Source: the human T2T-CHM13v2.0 reference genome, Homo sapiens. Taken from it: a stretch of DNA of 64,000 nucleotides. The position numbers were made by a program, and so were the translations under genes. This document shows positions 1 through 17,270 of this stretch, piece by piece. The number at the start of each line of letters is the position of its first letter. Position 1 is the stretch's first letter. The notes beneath the pieces are model-generated. The model was not told where the DNA came from. It searched no databases and saw nothing but the letters and a program-made list of their open reading frames with translations. The stretch lies in assembly GCF_009914755.1 (NCBI RefSeq), contig NC_060925.1; one strand, written 5' to 3'.

Positions 1-139
1 TTACAATGAAGCTCTGACATCACCATCTCCAAGAAAAGCCTCTGACCCCAGGAACCTGAGTGAAATTCCACACACTCCTGCAGCCCTCTGGGTTTACCTC
101 TATTGTGGAAATTATCTCACTTTCTTGATTTGTCCTTCT

Positions 140-255
140 CCTCCCTAGACTGTGATCCCCTCGAGGACAGACAGCATGGCTTAATTCTCTGTATCGCTAG
201 GCCTGACAAAATGCTCACACACAGTAGGCTCCTGAACGATGTTTAATTTATTGTT
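140..255 (+). mobile_element. L2 LINE 3' end relic
   Basis: ctagactgtgatcccctcgagg...acacagtaggctc resembles the L2 3' terminus. Confidence 0.55.
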
Positions 256-696
256 AACACATAGGATTCCACAGATCCTGAGGTACAGCAGACTTCAGAT
301 ACCCACTTCAAAGAAAACAAGGGAGTAATGCCTAGGTTCTTGTTCCTATGATTTATACTGTGAATAAAATAATTTCAGAGAAGTTCCTTTATTCACTTGA
401 ACAATATTTAAAGGGCAAAAAAAATTAACAAAAGGTCTTTTTAAAAATGCAAATAATTTACATTTGTTGATAAAGCCATACAATCACAAAAGTGACCATA
501 TGAATGCAAATATTCCTTCTAAAAAGTATAATTATTATTCACCCATCTAACAAATATTAATGAACCCCTCTGATGTTAGATGCTCTTTATGGTACAGGGG
601 TTAGCAGAGTGGGTACATGGAAGCTTCCTGTAGTTTACACTATCATCTGGAAGGCGATTAATCAAATACTACTTACTGTTCATGAGTTTATAATTA

Positions 697-1155
<459 letters not shown>

Positions 1156-1370
1156 TTAGACCTAAGGTGAGTGGGTCTCAACTGGGCATAGGGGAAAAGG
1201 AGGGAAAGCATTTTAGATGGAGGAAAAAACAGGGCAGGGATAAATCTTCAAGACCAGAGTGGCCATGGAAAAGTCACCTCTATAACTAGAATCAAGAGAG
1301 CGAGAGAGGAAGTGATACCAGATGAGGTCTGAGAGGCAGGGAGGGACTGATCCAGGATGCTGCTTAAGGG

Positions 1371-1815
1371 TGAAGAGGATCAGAACACGCCACCAAAAAA
1401 CATACCATTTTGGCATATTGATTATTCTGAGGTAAAGGCAATTGAGAAACAGAAAGTGCATGAAGGGCTCTCCACCTTTCCCTTTTCTGCCTAAAAGCAG
1501 GACATAGGTAAACGTACCCTTGCCAAACCCCAAAAACCAGAGACTAAAATGAAACACAGTCAGAGCCCAGAAATCATATTTTAACCATGAACACCCCAAC
1601 AATTACCCCCTGATTGACGTAATTTTCCTAAAAATCTTAAGCCCCTCCAACTAAATTAATCCTCCATTTTGTATAACAAATATAAAAACTAAACTTCCAC
1701 CGTAATACTAATACCTTCAGCATATCCCTCTGAAAATGTGTATGTTTCTCCTGTTAATCTGTCTTTTGTTATCTTAATTAGTAAGAACCATAAACAGACC
1801 ATAAGAGAGAACAGG
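1371..1815 (+). mobile_element. ERV1-class LTR (MER34/MER39-like), duplicated copy 1
   Basis: tgaagaggatcagaacacgccacc...ttttggcatattgattattctgagg..aaggcaattgag start and ctcctgttaatctgtcttttgtt 3' part match the recalled MER34/39-type LTR. Confidence 0.6.
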
Positions 1816-2190
<375 letters not shown>

Positions 2191-2409
2191 TGGCTTAGAC
2201 CTAAGGTGAGTGGGTCTCAACTGGGCATAGGGGAAAAGGAAGGAAAGCATTTTAGATGGAGGAAAAAGCAGAGCAGGGATAAGTCTCCATGACCAGAGTT
2301 GCCATGGAAAAGTGACCTCTATAGCTAGAATCAAGAGAGCAAGAGAGGAAGTGATACCAGATGAGGTCTGAGAGGCAGGGAGCGACTGATCCAGGATGCT
2401 GCTTAAGGG

Positions 2410-3162
<753 letters not shown>

Positions 3163-4358
3163 TTAATCCTAAAATCAAAGATGGATTTTAATTGGACAGG
3201 CTTGCAATTCGAAAATAGTAGTGTGGCTGCCCTTTGGAGAAAGGCAGGATGAGGTGCAGAGTGCATGTGGAGACTAGTTAGGAATCAATGAGATAGTTCA
3301 GGTAAGCGGAGATAAGATTTTGCAGTAGAGAAATACAAGCATACATGGTCCAAGCTAAGCTGACAGCACTTGTGGATGCAACAGATATGAGAAGAGGGGG
3401 ATAAGAAGAGTCAAGGCGACCCCGGCATTTCTGGCATGTGCAATTTTTACTGAGGCAGAAACCAGGGAAGGGGCTGAGGGTAAGACAATGACTCTCATCT
3501 TGGACATGTGCAGTTTGAGACTTCTTTGACATACCCAAGCGAAAATACTGTATACACAGTTGAATTTACTGGAGTTCAGAGAAAAGGTCTGAATTAGAAA
3601 CATACATTTAGAAATATTTAATTTAAGCCATGAGACGGATGGCATTGCCTTGAGAAAAAAAAAGTAGAGTGAGATTTCCATTGATGTGTTGCTATTTCAA
3701 TTACCTTGTAAATAGTCTAGTTTATTATTATCTTATCCTATTAATTGTTCTTCCACTCTTTCTCCTTCACTGGGTTCTCTGAATTAGAGAATTTATGCAG
3801 AAAACAAACTTGGAGATCATCAGATATAATCTCCAAATTTTACAGGTGAAAAAACTATAGTGGGTTACTCAGGATCACACTGCTCCTTAGAGGTAAAAAT
3901 GAAGACAAAAGCTCAGGTGTTTTTGATGAGTACTCCACGGGACTACATCTGGAACAGGAGCATGTTGGGAGATGAATGTAAGAGTCCCAGGTACCCAGAA
4001 TCCTACCAATTCTGACATGCGTGTGCTTGTCATAATGAAACAACACAGGACATCATGTGAAGGACAACTAACGTGGGGTTACCCATGAGGTGGTGAGAAA
4101 CAGAATGGGATTTTGCCTCAAACCCACTGTGGTTTACACATTAGTAAACTGTTCAAAATGGGGCCAAAAGCTTGAACTCTCTGACCCTCTATTTCCTTCT
4201 CTAGGAAATGGAGAAAAGCAATCATTACCTTGAAGTGTTGAAAGGAATAAAACGAATGTATTTAAAGCCACTAACCACATAGAAGGTTTCCAAATTACTA
4301 ACTAATATTTTCCTCCAAAGTAAAGAAAAAAAATAGATGTCATCAAAATAATAAAGCT

Positions 4359-5029
<671 letters not shown>

Positions 5030-6759
5030 TCATTGAAATTATTTGGAAACATTAAAATACTTTTTAAAATATTAAAAAAGCAATTATTCCGGTCATCAGG
5101 GTTTAAAGCCTATTTATTATATAATGCACCTAAAATTTATAAAGCACCCATGATTATGAATCAAAACATCTATATCCAAATAGTATTTGATATTATTATA
5201 CTGTAATGTATTTTCTAGAATACAGCACACAAGAAACCACGTGCTATTTCAATATCTTGTTAAGCAAGTGAAAACCTATGTTGTCAGTTTTAATTCACTC
5301 AAATATGCCTGTAGCCAAGGTAAATGGTATAGTTTAAAATAGTACCACAAATGAAGCAACTATCTTACAAATGTAAAATTAATCATTTCCTCTTTTATTC
5401 ATAAACTTTTATGCTTCATCTGGATTTGGATCTCTATTCTTCTAAAATTTAGAGTTTTAAGTACAAAGGATTTTTTAGCTGGTATGAGTGTTATAGTTTG
5501 CTTTACCAAAGATTTTCAGATGACAGAATGAATAAACATTGTAAGTTACAGGATATGAATTCCAGGGAAAGAGCTATCATGCAAGAATAAGACTTATGGA
5601 TTTCATTTACAGAAAATCTTCAGCAAAATCTACAAATATATTTTTAGCTATATAGTTATTTTTTCAATTTGAAGACATAATGGTGTTAACAGTGACTGAG
5701 CACTTTTATGAAACTCTCATGGAATAATATTTGAACTTCATCTTTTTCTATTGTGGTAGAGCACTTGTTCAAAGCCAAGATGTATATCCCCACTTGTATG
5801 GGGCAGATTCCGGGCAAAACCACTCCTTACCACAAAGCAGACACTTCTCAGATGCCTCTTCAGGATTTATTCCTTACCTGCCTTCAAAATATGATTTGAA
5901 GCAATTTACAATATAGCCCCCAACAAACTTAAAAGAACAACAATAAAAGATAGAAAAAAAAAAACAATTAGAAGACAAAGAAAGGCAGATATGTCAGGGA
6001 TGAATCACATGAGAAAAAGAAAGAATGGAACATTAAATTTAGCAGTGAACTTCTTGGCAACTACAGAAAAAAGGAAAAGGAAAATACAAATTATACATTA
6101 TTGTTTTTAAAAAGGAAAAAGTAAAGTTTATCTTCAAAGACACAATTTTTTAGTAGTTTATTATAAAATACATTTATTTTATTGTTTTTTTCATTAGAAA
6201 CTTAGAGAACATGAAGGAAATGTCTTTTAGTACAATTTCGCAGAAATCACAAAATAAGATACAAATAATCATCTATCTGCCTGCTCTAAAGGCTTTGATA
6301 CTATTATACTCAAACTTCTTAAAGGTTTTTTTTTGTAGTTAAGGACAGACAATTCAAGTTCTTTGTTGAAGATGAGATTACAAAGTTATAGCCTTTAAAC
6401 AGTTCTGTTCCTACACCTGACTTTTTAAACCTCTGCTAAAGGAACTTACCTTGGTTCCTCGTACAAGTTAGTTACACGTTTATTGCTAATGTATATGTAA
6501 TCTATTTCCCCAGCAACGGTAAAATACTAGCCCACAAAACCCAGTATAGTTACTGGAACATAGTGAGTATTTGATCAATGTTCATTGCATTGAATTAAAA
6601 ATATAAAGAAAAACGTAGTTAGCATGCATCTAAGACCAGCAGACACCAATCCCATATTTTTAAAATCAGCTTAAAAATACATATTTCTATAACCTGAGCT
6701 TAATATTTAATCTAGGGGAAAAAATAAATAAAATAAAGTAAAATAAAAACAAAAATTAT

Positions 6760-6862
6760 AGATTCCCTGGTTCCATCTCAGCACTAATGAATTAGAATAT
6801 CTGTGGTTTGCATTTGAAATCTGCATTCCTAAGACCTTCTCCAGAGAATTTATTGCAGCCAT
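6760..6862. mobile_element. MER5-type hAT DNA transposon fragment
   Basis: gattccctggttccatctcag...gaaatctgcatt resembles the MER5 core. Confidence 0.5.
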
Positions 6863-7329
6863 ACTCCAGAGTGGCATTTCATCAATCCCAAATATTCTCC
6901 TTTTATAACATTTTTCATGTACACTCCTTTTTTTTTTGCAACCATAAATACTTTGTGTCCAATACATGTGCTATGGGGGATGACTCCTAGGTATAATTAG
7001 AAGAAATATTGAGATGGGAAAAGTTTAAGCTAGAAAAGGGAAGTCGAAGTCGAAAACATAGTGAAACAAAAGGTAGATGTTTTACTGTGGAGGATTGAAG
7101 GAGATGAAGAAACCAGAAGGAAGTTTGTGCAGACTGCTGGACTGTGCCTGAGGACTGGGGCAAGAGCTGCAAAGCTACCAGTAACCCAGTACTCTCTGCC
7201 TTATCTTCTCTGCTTCTCCTTCCTTACATGCTTCACTGTTCTCAACTGCAGACAGGCTTCCTTTGCTGCTCTCTGCACAGGGGCATTACCCAGCCCCTAG
7301 GTTACATTGCCTCAGTGCCAGACATACAT

Positions 7330-7331
<2 letters not shown>

Positions 7332-7370
<39 letters not shown>
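7332..7370. repeat. (CA)n microsatellite
   Basis: Seen directly. Confidence 0.95.
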
Positions 7371-7374
<4 letters not shown>

Positions 7375-8389
7375 CACACACACACTTCACCAAAGTTCTG
7401 GGAATCTCAACAGAAGCCCAGGGGAGAGAGCTGTTAGTCAAATTCTATAATGTACATACACCACTGATCTCATTCCCTGGCCCTGAGACACCAGGTCACA
7501 TACAACCTGTGCAGCTGCCTGAGCTATCTCTGCAGCTGAGAAGGCACTTCTGGAGAAAAAGGTAATGCTGTGACTGGATGCACTCAAGGACATTTCTCAT
7601 CTCAGAGTTCAAGGAAATGGCATAGAGGAATTATCCAAAGATACTGTCCTATGGTCTTGGGACTATGGAAACCAGGAGGTTGAAATCAACAACTCTAAAA
7701 CCAAAACCAAAACCAAAACAAAAACAAAAACAAAGAAAAGTCTTAGATGTTTCACTGGACAAAATGCATTTAGCAGGAAAAACAAAAACAAAACACAAAC
7801 CCTATTATTAGGTAGATTATATTTGTCATTGCATTCTTTGACATGATCTGGGTCTGGATTGCAGATGTTGCAGGGGGAATTGGATTATAGCATCACTTTC
7901 TCAACACAGCTGTTTTCACTTGAGGTGGATATGGGCATTACTTGGCCACCATGACCTATGTTTTCCTTTGAAGCATGGGAGTTGTCTGGTGGAGTTGGGT
8001 AGTGTTCATTCTCCCACAAAGCTGTTGACAGCTATCAATCTTAGGGGCAACAGAGACTCTCAGCTTGGGAGTAAAGGAAGGAGAAAGAACTAGATTATTC
8101 TTCCTAACTGCTTTTTCCTTCCCCAAGTAAAATTTTTTTTAAAAAGTCATTAGATAGGCTGGGGTGGCCTTGATTGAGGCCAGACTGCAGAGATGATTAG
8201 AGCCCTTCAAAGAAAAAGATCGGCACAAGCAAGGTGGCCACTGATCCCAGAGCTCTCAATAAAACAAGCATGCTCCCCGGAGCTGCCCAGCTTCTCTGGG
8301 TGCATTTTAAGGCAATATGTCTTAAACTTTAGTGCACAAATTGAGGTTCTAATTTAGTACATCTGGGGGTGGGTCCAGATACTATATTT

Positions 8390-9007
8390 TCTTTTAAAAT
8401 TAACAAATAATAATTGTACATATTCATGGGATACATAGTGATGTTTTGATACAAATAATGTATGATGGCTGGGCTCATTCCTATAATCCCAGCACTTTGG
8501 GAGGCCAAGGCAGGAAGATCACTGGAGCCCAGGAATTTGAGACTAGCCTAGGCAACATGGTGAGATCTTGTCTCTACCAAAACAAACAAACAAAAAATTA
8601 AAAATCAACCAGGCATGGTGGCAGGTGCCTGTGGTCCCAGCTACTTGGGATGCTGAGGCAGGAGGATTGCTTGAGCTCAGGAGGGTGAGGCTGCCATGTT
8701 TGCACCACTGCACTCCAGCCTGGGTGACAGAGCAAGACTGTATCAAAAAACAAAACAAAACAAGAAACAAATAATGTATGGTGATAAATAATGAAAAGTG
8801 AGAAACGATAAACATTTATCCTTTTTGAGTAATTAACATATCCATTATCTTAAATATTTATCATTTCTTTCTGTCAGGACGGCTCAATGTCCTCCTAGCT
8901 ATTTGAAGCTACACAACATATTATTGTTAACTATAGTCATTCTACGGTGGCATAGAACACTGGAACTATGTGGCTGTAATTTCGCATTCTTTAACACATC
9001 TCTCCCT
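8390..9007 (-). mobile_element. L1MA-type 3' end, interrupted by AluJ and flanked by MER5-like halves
   Basis: ataattgtacatattcatgggatacatagtgatg...tattgttaactatagtca...agaacact; MER5-like sequence at ~8315-8390 and ~9010-9045. Confidence 0.75.
8467..8768 (+). mobile_element. AluJ
   Basis: Dimeric Alu; TSD acaaataatgtatg at 8451 and 8767. Confidence 0.92.
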
Positions 9008-12000
9008 GTAAGTTTCCAAGTGATTCTGATACTAATGGTCCATGGAAGTAATGAGGCTTTAAGGAGCACAAATTGGTAACTTGAGAAAGTTAGATTTACA
9101 ACATTTGCGATCCTTCCTTCCGTGTGGAACAGTCCATAGCAAAGATTGACTCCAGTCTGCAACAACTGCACTACCCTCCTTTCACATATGGCAGGACTTC
9201 ATCACAATGGTTTCTGGTTCTACTAAGGGCAATAAAGTCAGCGGATTCCTTGTTTCATTAGAAGCTCTGCAGTAGACCATGAAACATGCTCAGGGAGAGA
9301 AGGGGGAAGCTGAAAGAGCTGGGAAAGCCAGCAGTCCGTTGCGAGTTGGGCCACAAAAGAATAGAGGAATTAACAATCCCCACAGATTATAAGAAAAATC
9401 TGGGGAGGGATACTAACTAGAAAAGACTGAAAACTTCTAGTAAAGTGAATGGAGCTTGAGAACATTATAATTTGGGAATATTAATATAAAGAAGCTGATA
9501 AGTGCTAGACATAATACTAGATATACCAACTAAATCCACGACAAAGCATCTAATTGAACCTACGAGGCAGAGCACGCCTGCAAAGTTTCCAGGGAATATA
9601 AAATGATTACTTGGACCTAATTACATTAACGTGAAAAATGTCATTGATATTCTCTTTATTGAATAGCTACCACTGTTATTTTACAGCAGTGAACATTAAA
9701 ACAATTATTAGAGATTCCCAGGTTAATTCTCAATCTATATGTCCAATCTTATTTTTCAATTAAAATCTTAATGTTGTCAACCAAGAATTCTTCCAACAGC
9801 TTGCTGTTGAGATATTTGCTATCTGAAGAACTCAATCAAAAATTTTAGACTCCACTAGAGTGGGTATCACAAAATTGCAGCCAAACTTAATCAGATGAGC
9901 AAAGTTTTTTGTTTAGCCTATGTATTTTCATAATTCCTGAATTAGAATGCCTCTAAGCAGGCCATACACAGTGGAACTGACCAGTTCCCAGTGCAGGATG
10001 GCAACGTAGTGCATTTATCTGCCTGAATTCTAAAGGAGATAAGTTCACCCCTTTCATTAGCTCATCAATATATATATGAGTAACATTTTTATATGCGTGT
10101 TTAGATGTGGAGTTAACTCTGAATCCTTGACCAAATGGAGCTTAAGGTTTAGCTAGGGACATGTGCAAAATAACTCTAAGACAAAGTGGAGCGTACAAGA
10201 GATGCAAAAACCAAGGCCTTTGAGAGCACAGAGGCAAAAGCTTCAGGAGAGTTTTCACCAATGAGCTCTCTGAACTGACTACTGAAGAATGGATGGAATT
10301 TAACAAGCAGAATGGCCTGTAAGTGGGACGGTGAGGAGAGGAGAAATGGAGTGAAGCCACAGATGTAAAAAGTGCAAGGCATCATTAAGAAAAAGCAAGA
10401 AACTAGAACGAAGTGGGCATAAGAGGGAGTAACAGGGAAAAAAGAAGACACATTTTGTTAGAGCAAAATGTCATTCCACAGTAGCTCTCCTCAGCTCCAA
10501 GCTCCCTCTCTTCTCTCTGACAGCAACACAGATATCAAACCCCGACACGGAGGCCGCTTCCCTATTATTCCTGTCCTGATCTCTACCCTCTTCCTAGGCT
10601 TGACAGCTTCCTGATCATGAATATTCTCTTGATCCTGGTCATGAGGAAGCAGCCTGCAACCCTTGTACAGGAATCCCATGAAGCACCCTTCCCAGCCACA
10701 CTCAGCATCAGCCGCCTTCTTCTCCCTCCTCGCTGCTGAGGCTTCGGGCTGTCTGATCTCACCTCTTTCCTAAGCTGTGCCAGGCCATGCCCCAGCACAT
10801 CCCAGGCCCCAAAACTGGCACTTTCACTGCCCCCTGGAGTCAGAGCACAGAGGCTTATCTTATTACTCTTCCTTGTGTCTTGGGTTTCTCCAGTCATTGC
10901 CAATCAAACCCGCGGGGGTTCCTCATTTTGGATAATGATTCTTTCCTCTCTCAGTCTCCTCATTTTAAAATAAAACACCAACAACAAAAAAATGAAATCC
11001 ATTGGGCTATGTCTTTTATTCTGCATGCCTAGTTATTCACTAAACCCTCACGCTCTTTCCTCTCTATTCCTTCAGCCCTTGGATATCAGGACCTGGGCAC
11101 CCAAACCTGTTCCTGCAACAGCCTTACCCTTGTCACAGTGCTATTGCCCTTACTGAATGCCAATTTATCCCGAGCACTTTCATCACAATATCCTCTGCCA
11201 AACATTTTAAATGTCTCCATATTTCCCCTTTTATCAGAATTAGATTCTTTGGCTAGCTTTCACAGACCCTCATAACCTGACCCAAGTTCTCTACAGTTTG
11301 GTCACTGTCGAGTTCGGTGAGCACAGTTGGTGGTGACAGCGGTCTTGAGCGAGTATGGCTCTTCCTCATCTTTCAAACAGCTCACCACTGCTCTGCAGAA
11401 ACCCTTTCCTTACTCCCCATCAGTCAGGAAAAAGAAATCACTGATTTTTTTCACCCTCCTAATTTCCATATACAACCTTCATAACATTGTTTTTTATACG
11501 TCTTTATTTATTTTAATATTGTTTTACTTCGCATTTGTTCATTCGGTCTTTACAAACTAACCTAGAGCAGGGTCATGATTTTTGGCGTTTTGTTTTACTA
11601 TCATTTCAAGTGTTTCACATGATAAATATACCACAGGCATTTTATAAGTAGTTACTGAATAATGGATTAGAGACAGAGTTTCAATAGTGAACAGCTGGAA
11701 TCAGTTTTAAAGAGTTATCTAAGAGGTACAGGAGAAAACAGAACTGTGCTCCATGCAGACTTACCAGAGAAGACGCTAGGTATCTTGGAAAGAAAGCTTT
11801 TGACCGTACGAATAGGAATTCCATTTTTTTCATCTTGCATCCGTGCTATGACGTCTTCCATCTAAACAATAATAACATAATTAAAACCTTTATAAAGTTG
11901 AACTTTTTTGAAAAAAAATCAGCTCTCATAACAATTTTGTATTCCTGTTTTGCCCAACTAAGAACAATGCCGTATTCTTGCCTTTCTAGTTTTTGCCACA

Positions 12001-12407
12001 TTAATAGTTTAAATACTGTTAAAAAGAGATGGAGGAAACAGCAAGAAAAACAGCCATGTTAGGGCCCATTAAGCTACCAATAGGAATTTTGTGCTTTGAA
12101 TATTGCCTTTCTCCTGATTTCATGTACCTTGGTTATAAAGGTTAAGATCAAAGAGTGTTTATTTCACAAGGTTTTAGAAACCATTGTCATAGCACATTCA
12201 TGCTTCATTAATGTTACCTCTACTGAAATCAGTGCAAAAGCAAGTAGAGCCTTAAAAGCATCTGCTTGAATTGCTTCTTCAAGCAAGAGAATTTCCGTGA
12301 TTTTGTTTTACAATAAAGTTCTAAAACCTGCCTAGAAATCCAGGACTGATTGCCAACTACTATTACATCTCTTGCCCGGGTACTTACTGAAGTGTGTTAT
12401 GAAACAA

Positions 12408-12555
12408 ATACACACACATACACACTCTCATGCACATACACTCATGCATGTGCACATACACTCCACACATGCACATGTACACACACACATATATGCACAC
12501 AAGTACACATACACGTGCATGTACACACACATGCACACACACACATATGTATACA
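12408..12555. repeat. Degenerate (CA/TA/TG)n alternating purine-pyrimidine tract
   Basis: Seen directly. Confidence 0.85.
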
Positions 12556-12944
12556 ATAAAATGAATGTAACACCACAGCCTTCTGTCCGTTTACTAGATT
12601 CCCCTTTATCTTTGTTTCAATCTCATTAGTACACTCTCTTTTACTTTTACAAATTGCTGGTAATTCTAAAGGGCTGTGCTTCACAAAGTCAATGTGGAAT
12701 TTAGTTTTGAAGAACATTCATTCATTCAAATCATAGCCACAGACATTACTCATGTGCTTCTAAACCTGGGAGATGCAGAGACACACAAACATACCCAAGT
12801 GGTAGTATGGGACTTAAAATCCATTCATCCATTTACTCATTCCACAACCACTTATCACTAACTCTACACCAGACATATGACTGGGCACCGTGGATATGAA
12901 AATGCATACAATACAGTTCCTACCCTCAAAAAATTCAGTCAATA

Positions 12945-13150
12945 GTGACAACCAAGGTGAAATCTGAGTAAAGTATGTAGTTTAGCTAATAGTGTTGTAC
13001 TAATGTTAATTTCTTGTTTTGATAATTATGCCATGGTTATGTAAGATATTAACATTAAGGGAAGCTGAGTAAAGAGTGTATGGGAATTCTGTTATCTTTT
13101 CTTTTTATCTATAAGCCTAAAATTATTTCAAAGTAAACAGTTAAAAAAAA
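12945..13150 (+). mobile_element. Old L1M (L1MC/ME-type) 3' end
   Basis: gaaatctgagtaaagt...atgttaatttcttgttttgat...gtaagatattaacatt...cctaaaattatttcaaa. Confidence 0.7.
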
Positions 13151-13192
13151 CACAGTCTAAACTTTATATTAATGAATTATCAAATTTCCATT

Positions 13193-13502
<310 letters not shown>

Positions 13503-13644
13503 TCAACATAGCTTTAGAATGGTTTTCAGCTAAGAAATCTAATGTTCTTGGTATCAACGGATGTATTACTATGTTGTAATCACACTATGAACAGATGTAT
13601 TACTATGACAAATAACTGGAGATGTGGAAAGAATGGGTTTTAAT

Positions 13645-13880
13645 GAAACACAGGTTTGTATTTGACTCTTAGCTCTTGTAATTATTATCTATGTTCTTTG
13701 AGTAAGTTAAATAACCTCTCTAAGACTCAGTTTTCTGATCCATAAAATGGTGATAATAATACTTGTAATAATTTCTTCATAGCGTTCTTCATGGGATTGC
13801 ATTGGGCCTAGGGTGGGGTAAAGTATTTTAAGGGCAAATGATACAACATATATAAAGCCTGGTACATATATAGAACAACA
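13645..13880 (+). mobile_element. MIR
   Basis: Core taacctctctaagactcagttttctgatccataaaatggtgataataat. Confidence 0.7.
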
Positions 13881-14287
13881 AATATTAGACCAAATGTCCA
13901 TGCACACCCACGATATCTGGGGATGCTTATTCTCCACCTTCATGTTTCTTTCCATGTGGAAGGAGCGCCATTACCCTAATCCCCTTGCCTTGTCTCTGCC
14001 CCCTAATTTACTCCAGGGGAGCTGAGCTGACTTATCAGACAGAAGAGCTGGGAATGAGAAACTGGCCTGCAGGGCCCACTCTTTTTCTCTTGGCTAGAAG
14101 CCCACATCTAACTCTGCTGATGTAGAGATGCCTGCCCTAGTGGGTAAGCAAGTCTATTCAGGATTGTGTTTCAGGATTAACAGTGACTTGTGCACAAACA
14201 TTCTTCCATAATACCTTTATCAGCAATCAGGGTGATGTTGTGACCCCTACGTGCCTGTCTTTATGGTTATAGTTCTCAGTTGGCTCA

Positions 14288-14638
<351 letters not shown>

Positions 14639-15377
14639 TGATTTTATCAGGCCTGTAAAAGACCCCAACAATAACCAAATACCAAATACCCCACTTCTTT
14701 TGTAATAAAGATCTGTAATAAAGATCTCTAAGTATAGAAACATGAAAATAGACATACTCTGATGACTTTTTATTTTGTTACTATTTGTTCATGACTGACC
14801 TGCCACAATGTTCAGAAATGCAGAATAAGCTGCTTTGTCCTGCCTCATATCAGCCTCTAAACCCTTGTATTATCTGCTTAACGGTTTAAAGCAGGCTGGA
14901 TTAGAGGGACATGGAAACCTCTCTGACTCACACTTTCATCTCAGCACCTAGAGATGTGGCAGCAGTCACCTCTGCTTCGGGCTGAATTTAGGTGCGTAGC
15001 TATGAGTGGCAGTGTTTTCTTTGTATAGTCTCATCCCCTCTCAGTTCATGGGATCCCAAAGGAGTGAGAATAGGAGGCTGGAAAGTAAAAGTGACTTCTG
15101 TGGTTGTATTCCAAAATATTCCATTTTTCTGAGTCATCATTTCCACAAGAGAAAAAAATTTTAACTCCAAGTAAAAATAGGATTGGTGTTCTAGACTGAA
15201 AACGTGATCATGTACATGCATTCAGCTGTTTTTATCTTTATCCAGACATAATTTATCCGTGAACCTTCTCATGGCCTAGAATGAGACAAAAACAAACAAA
15301 AGAAAACAACAACAACAAAATGAAGAACAAAGACACATAAAAAAAACCCCTGCTTTCTAAAAACTAAAATCAATTAA

Positions 15378-15937
15378 AAAGAAAAAGAAAATTCTAGCCC
15401 TCAAATGACTGAAGGGACCCCCTCTTGGCTAACGGGACCCCAGGGAAACCCTGGAAGCTAAGTTCATGGCCATGATGGGATGGGGGGTGGGACACACCTC
15501 GTTGTACCCCTTCCTCACTAACCACTATCAGCCTTTCTTCCCTAAGGGGCAAACAGAAACTGACCCTTTTGAAAGACTCCACATTGATAATGTTGATTAA
15601 TGACTTATCTTCCCAGGACAGAACAAAGCTAAAATGAGATCAGTCATTCCTTCACTCCTCTCTGGGATGTCTGCTCCCTCCATTCCCTTTTTTTTCAAAT
15701 GTTCACCTTATCTTATGTAAAAAGTAAACTTACAGGGCACTAATTAAAGTCTCGCAAGTATGTAATCATTCCTCTCACTGTTGCCTCCTCTTTTTTAAGG
15801 AAAATGTATAAATACTAAACCTCCTAAGAACCTCTGGGAAAAACAGCCAAACAGGCATCCATAACTTGTCCTCAAGCTGGCTCAACAAGCTTCAGTGATT
15901 GAGATTTATGTCTCAATCACTCATTTTGGTTGTCACA
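15378..15937 (+). mobile_element. ERV1 MER4-group solo LTR
   Basis: aaaattctagccctcaaatgactgaagggacccc...agttcatggccatgatggga resembles the MER4 5' region; ends ttggttgtcaca. Confidence 0.7.
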
Positions 15938-16243
15938 GTCACCAAGTCCACATAAAAAAACACATGCATCTTATCTGTTGATGTTCCCTCGAGCATTCAC
16001 TCAGAGTCTATTAATTTTTATATTAAGCATGACTTGAACATGCTTGATGGTCTGTTTTCCCACTATTAGCAACAGCAATTGGATGAGAAGAAAAATGCTA
16101 CAAGCAAGCAAAAAAAAAAAAACAGAGCAAGTTAGTTAGACAGTAAGAGGTATGAGGGATAGTAAAAAGCAACTCCAATAAATATGAAAATATTTGGGGC
16201 AATTTAGTCTAAGGCCAAAAGACTCAGGTACCTCAAGTATCCC

Positions 16244-16357
16244 ATATATATATGTATGTGTGTGTATATATATGTGTGTATATATATATACTTACACACA
16301 CGCATATATATGCATGTATACATGTGTATGCACACACATATATGCACATGCATATAT
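16244..16357. repeat. (TA/TG/CA)n alternating tract
   Basis: Seen directly. Confidence 0.85.
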
Positions 16358-16688
16358 TCATTAAAATGCCATTGAGTTGTGTGTTTTCACTTCCATAAGC
16401 CTGTTTCTGAGGGTGAGGAAACTGGGCATGGGAGAAGAGAACACTAGACGATGGGCATGGGCAGGAGAGCTGGCATGCCTTGGGTCACCGAGGATTTTTC
16501 TGAAGGCTATTTTCTTTACTCTTAAGAAGTTCAAAGTAGATGATCTGTAAGACTTCTCCTAGCTACAAAATGATTGAAGTCTGGAAATAATCATCAGCAT
16601 TCAGAAGGAGGTAAGTTTCCACACTAGGTCAAAGAGCCAATTCCCTGTTACAGACAAATAGATGAAGCTATTAAATTAAATAAAACCA

Positions 16689-16995
16689 GGCCAGGCTCGG
16701 TGGCTCACGCCAGTAATCTCAGCACTTTGGGAGGCCAACACAGGAGGATGACTTGAGCTCAGGAGTTTGAGACCAGCTTGGGCAACATGGCAAAACTCTA
16801 TCTCTTAAAAAAAAATATGAAAATGAACTGGGCATGGTGGCAAGCACCTGTGATCCCAGCTACCCAGGAGGCTGAAGTGAGAGGATCTCTTGAGCCTGGA
16901 AGGTCAAGGCTGCAGTGAGCTGTGGTCCTGCCACTGCACTCCAGCTTGCGCTACAGAATGAGACTCTGTCTCAAAAATAAATAAAATAAAATAAT
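16689..16995 (+). mobile_element. AluJ
   Basis: ggaggatgacttgagctcagg and aggtcaaggctgcagtgag J diagnostics. Confidence 0.92.
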
Positions 16996-17059
16996 CAAAC
17001 AAGACCTTATACAAATGTATTTGCTTCCAATTGTCAGCACATTTTAGTTTCAATGCAAG

Positions 17060-17270
17060 ACGTAGTTATTAAAAGCATGCATTTAGGCCGGTTAGACCTG
17101 AGTTTGAATCCTGACTGTACTACTTACAAGCCATCTGAACAGGTGAGTTAATTTAACACTCAAAGATTCGGTTATCTCATCTGTAAAATGGAGATAATCA
17201 TAAATTGTATACATCTTATCAAGGGTGAGAATTAGTGAAACAATGCTAATTAAATGCTTACTATGATGCC
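17060..17270 (+). mobile_element. MIR
   Basis: gacctgagtttgaatcctgac...ctcatctgtaaaatggagataat. Confidence 0.75.

Noticed and set aside
14701-14726. 13-bp doublet tgtaataaagatc containing AATAAA
   Set aside because: Simple slippage duplication; no evidence of a transcript end
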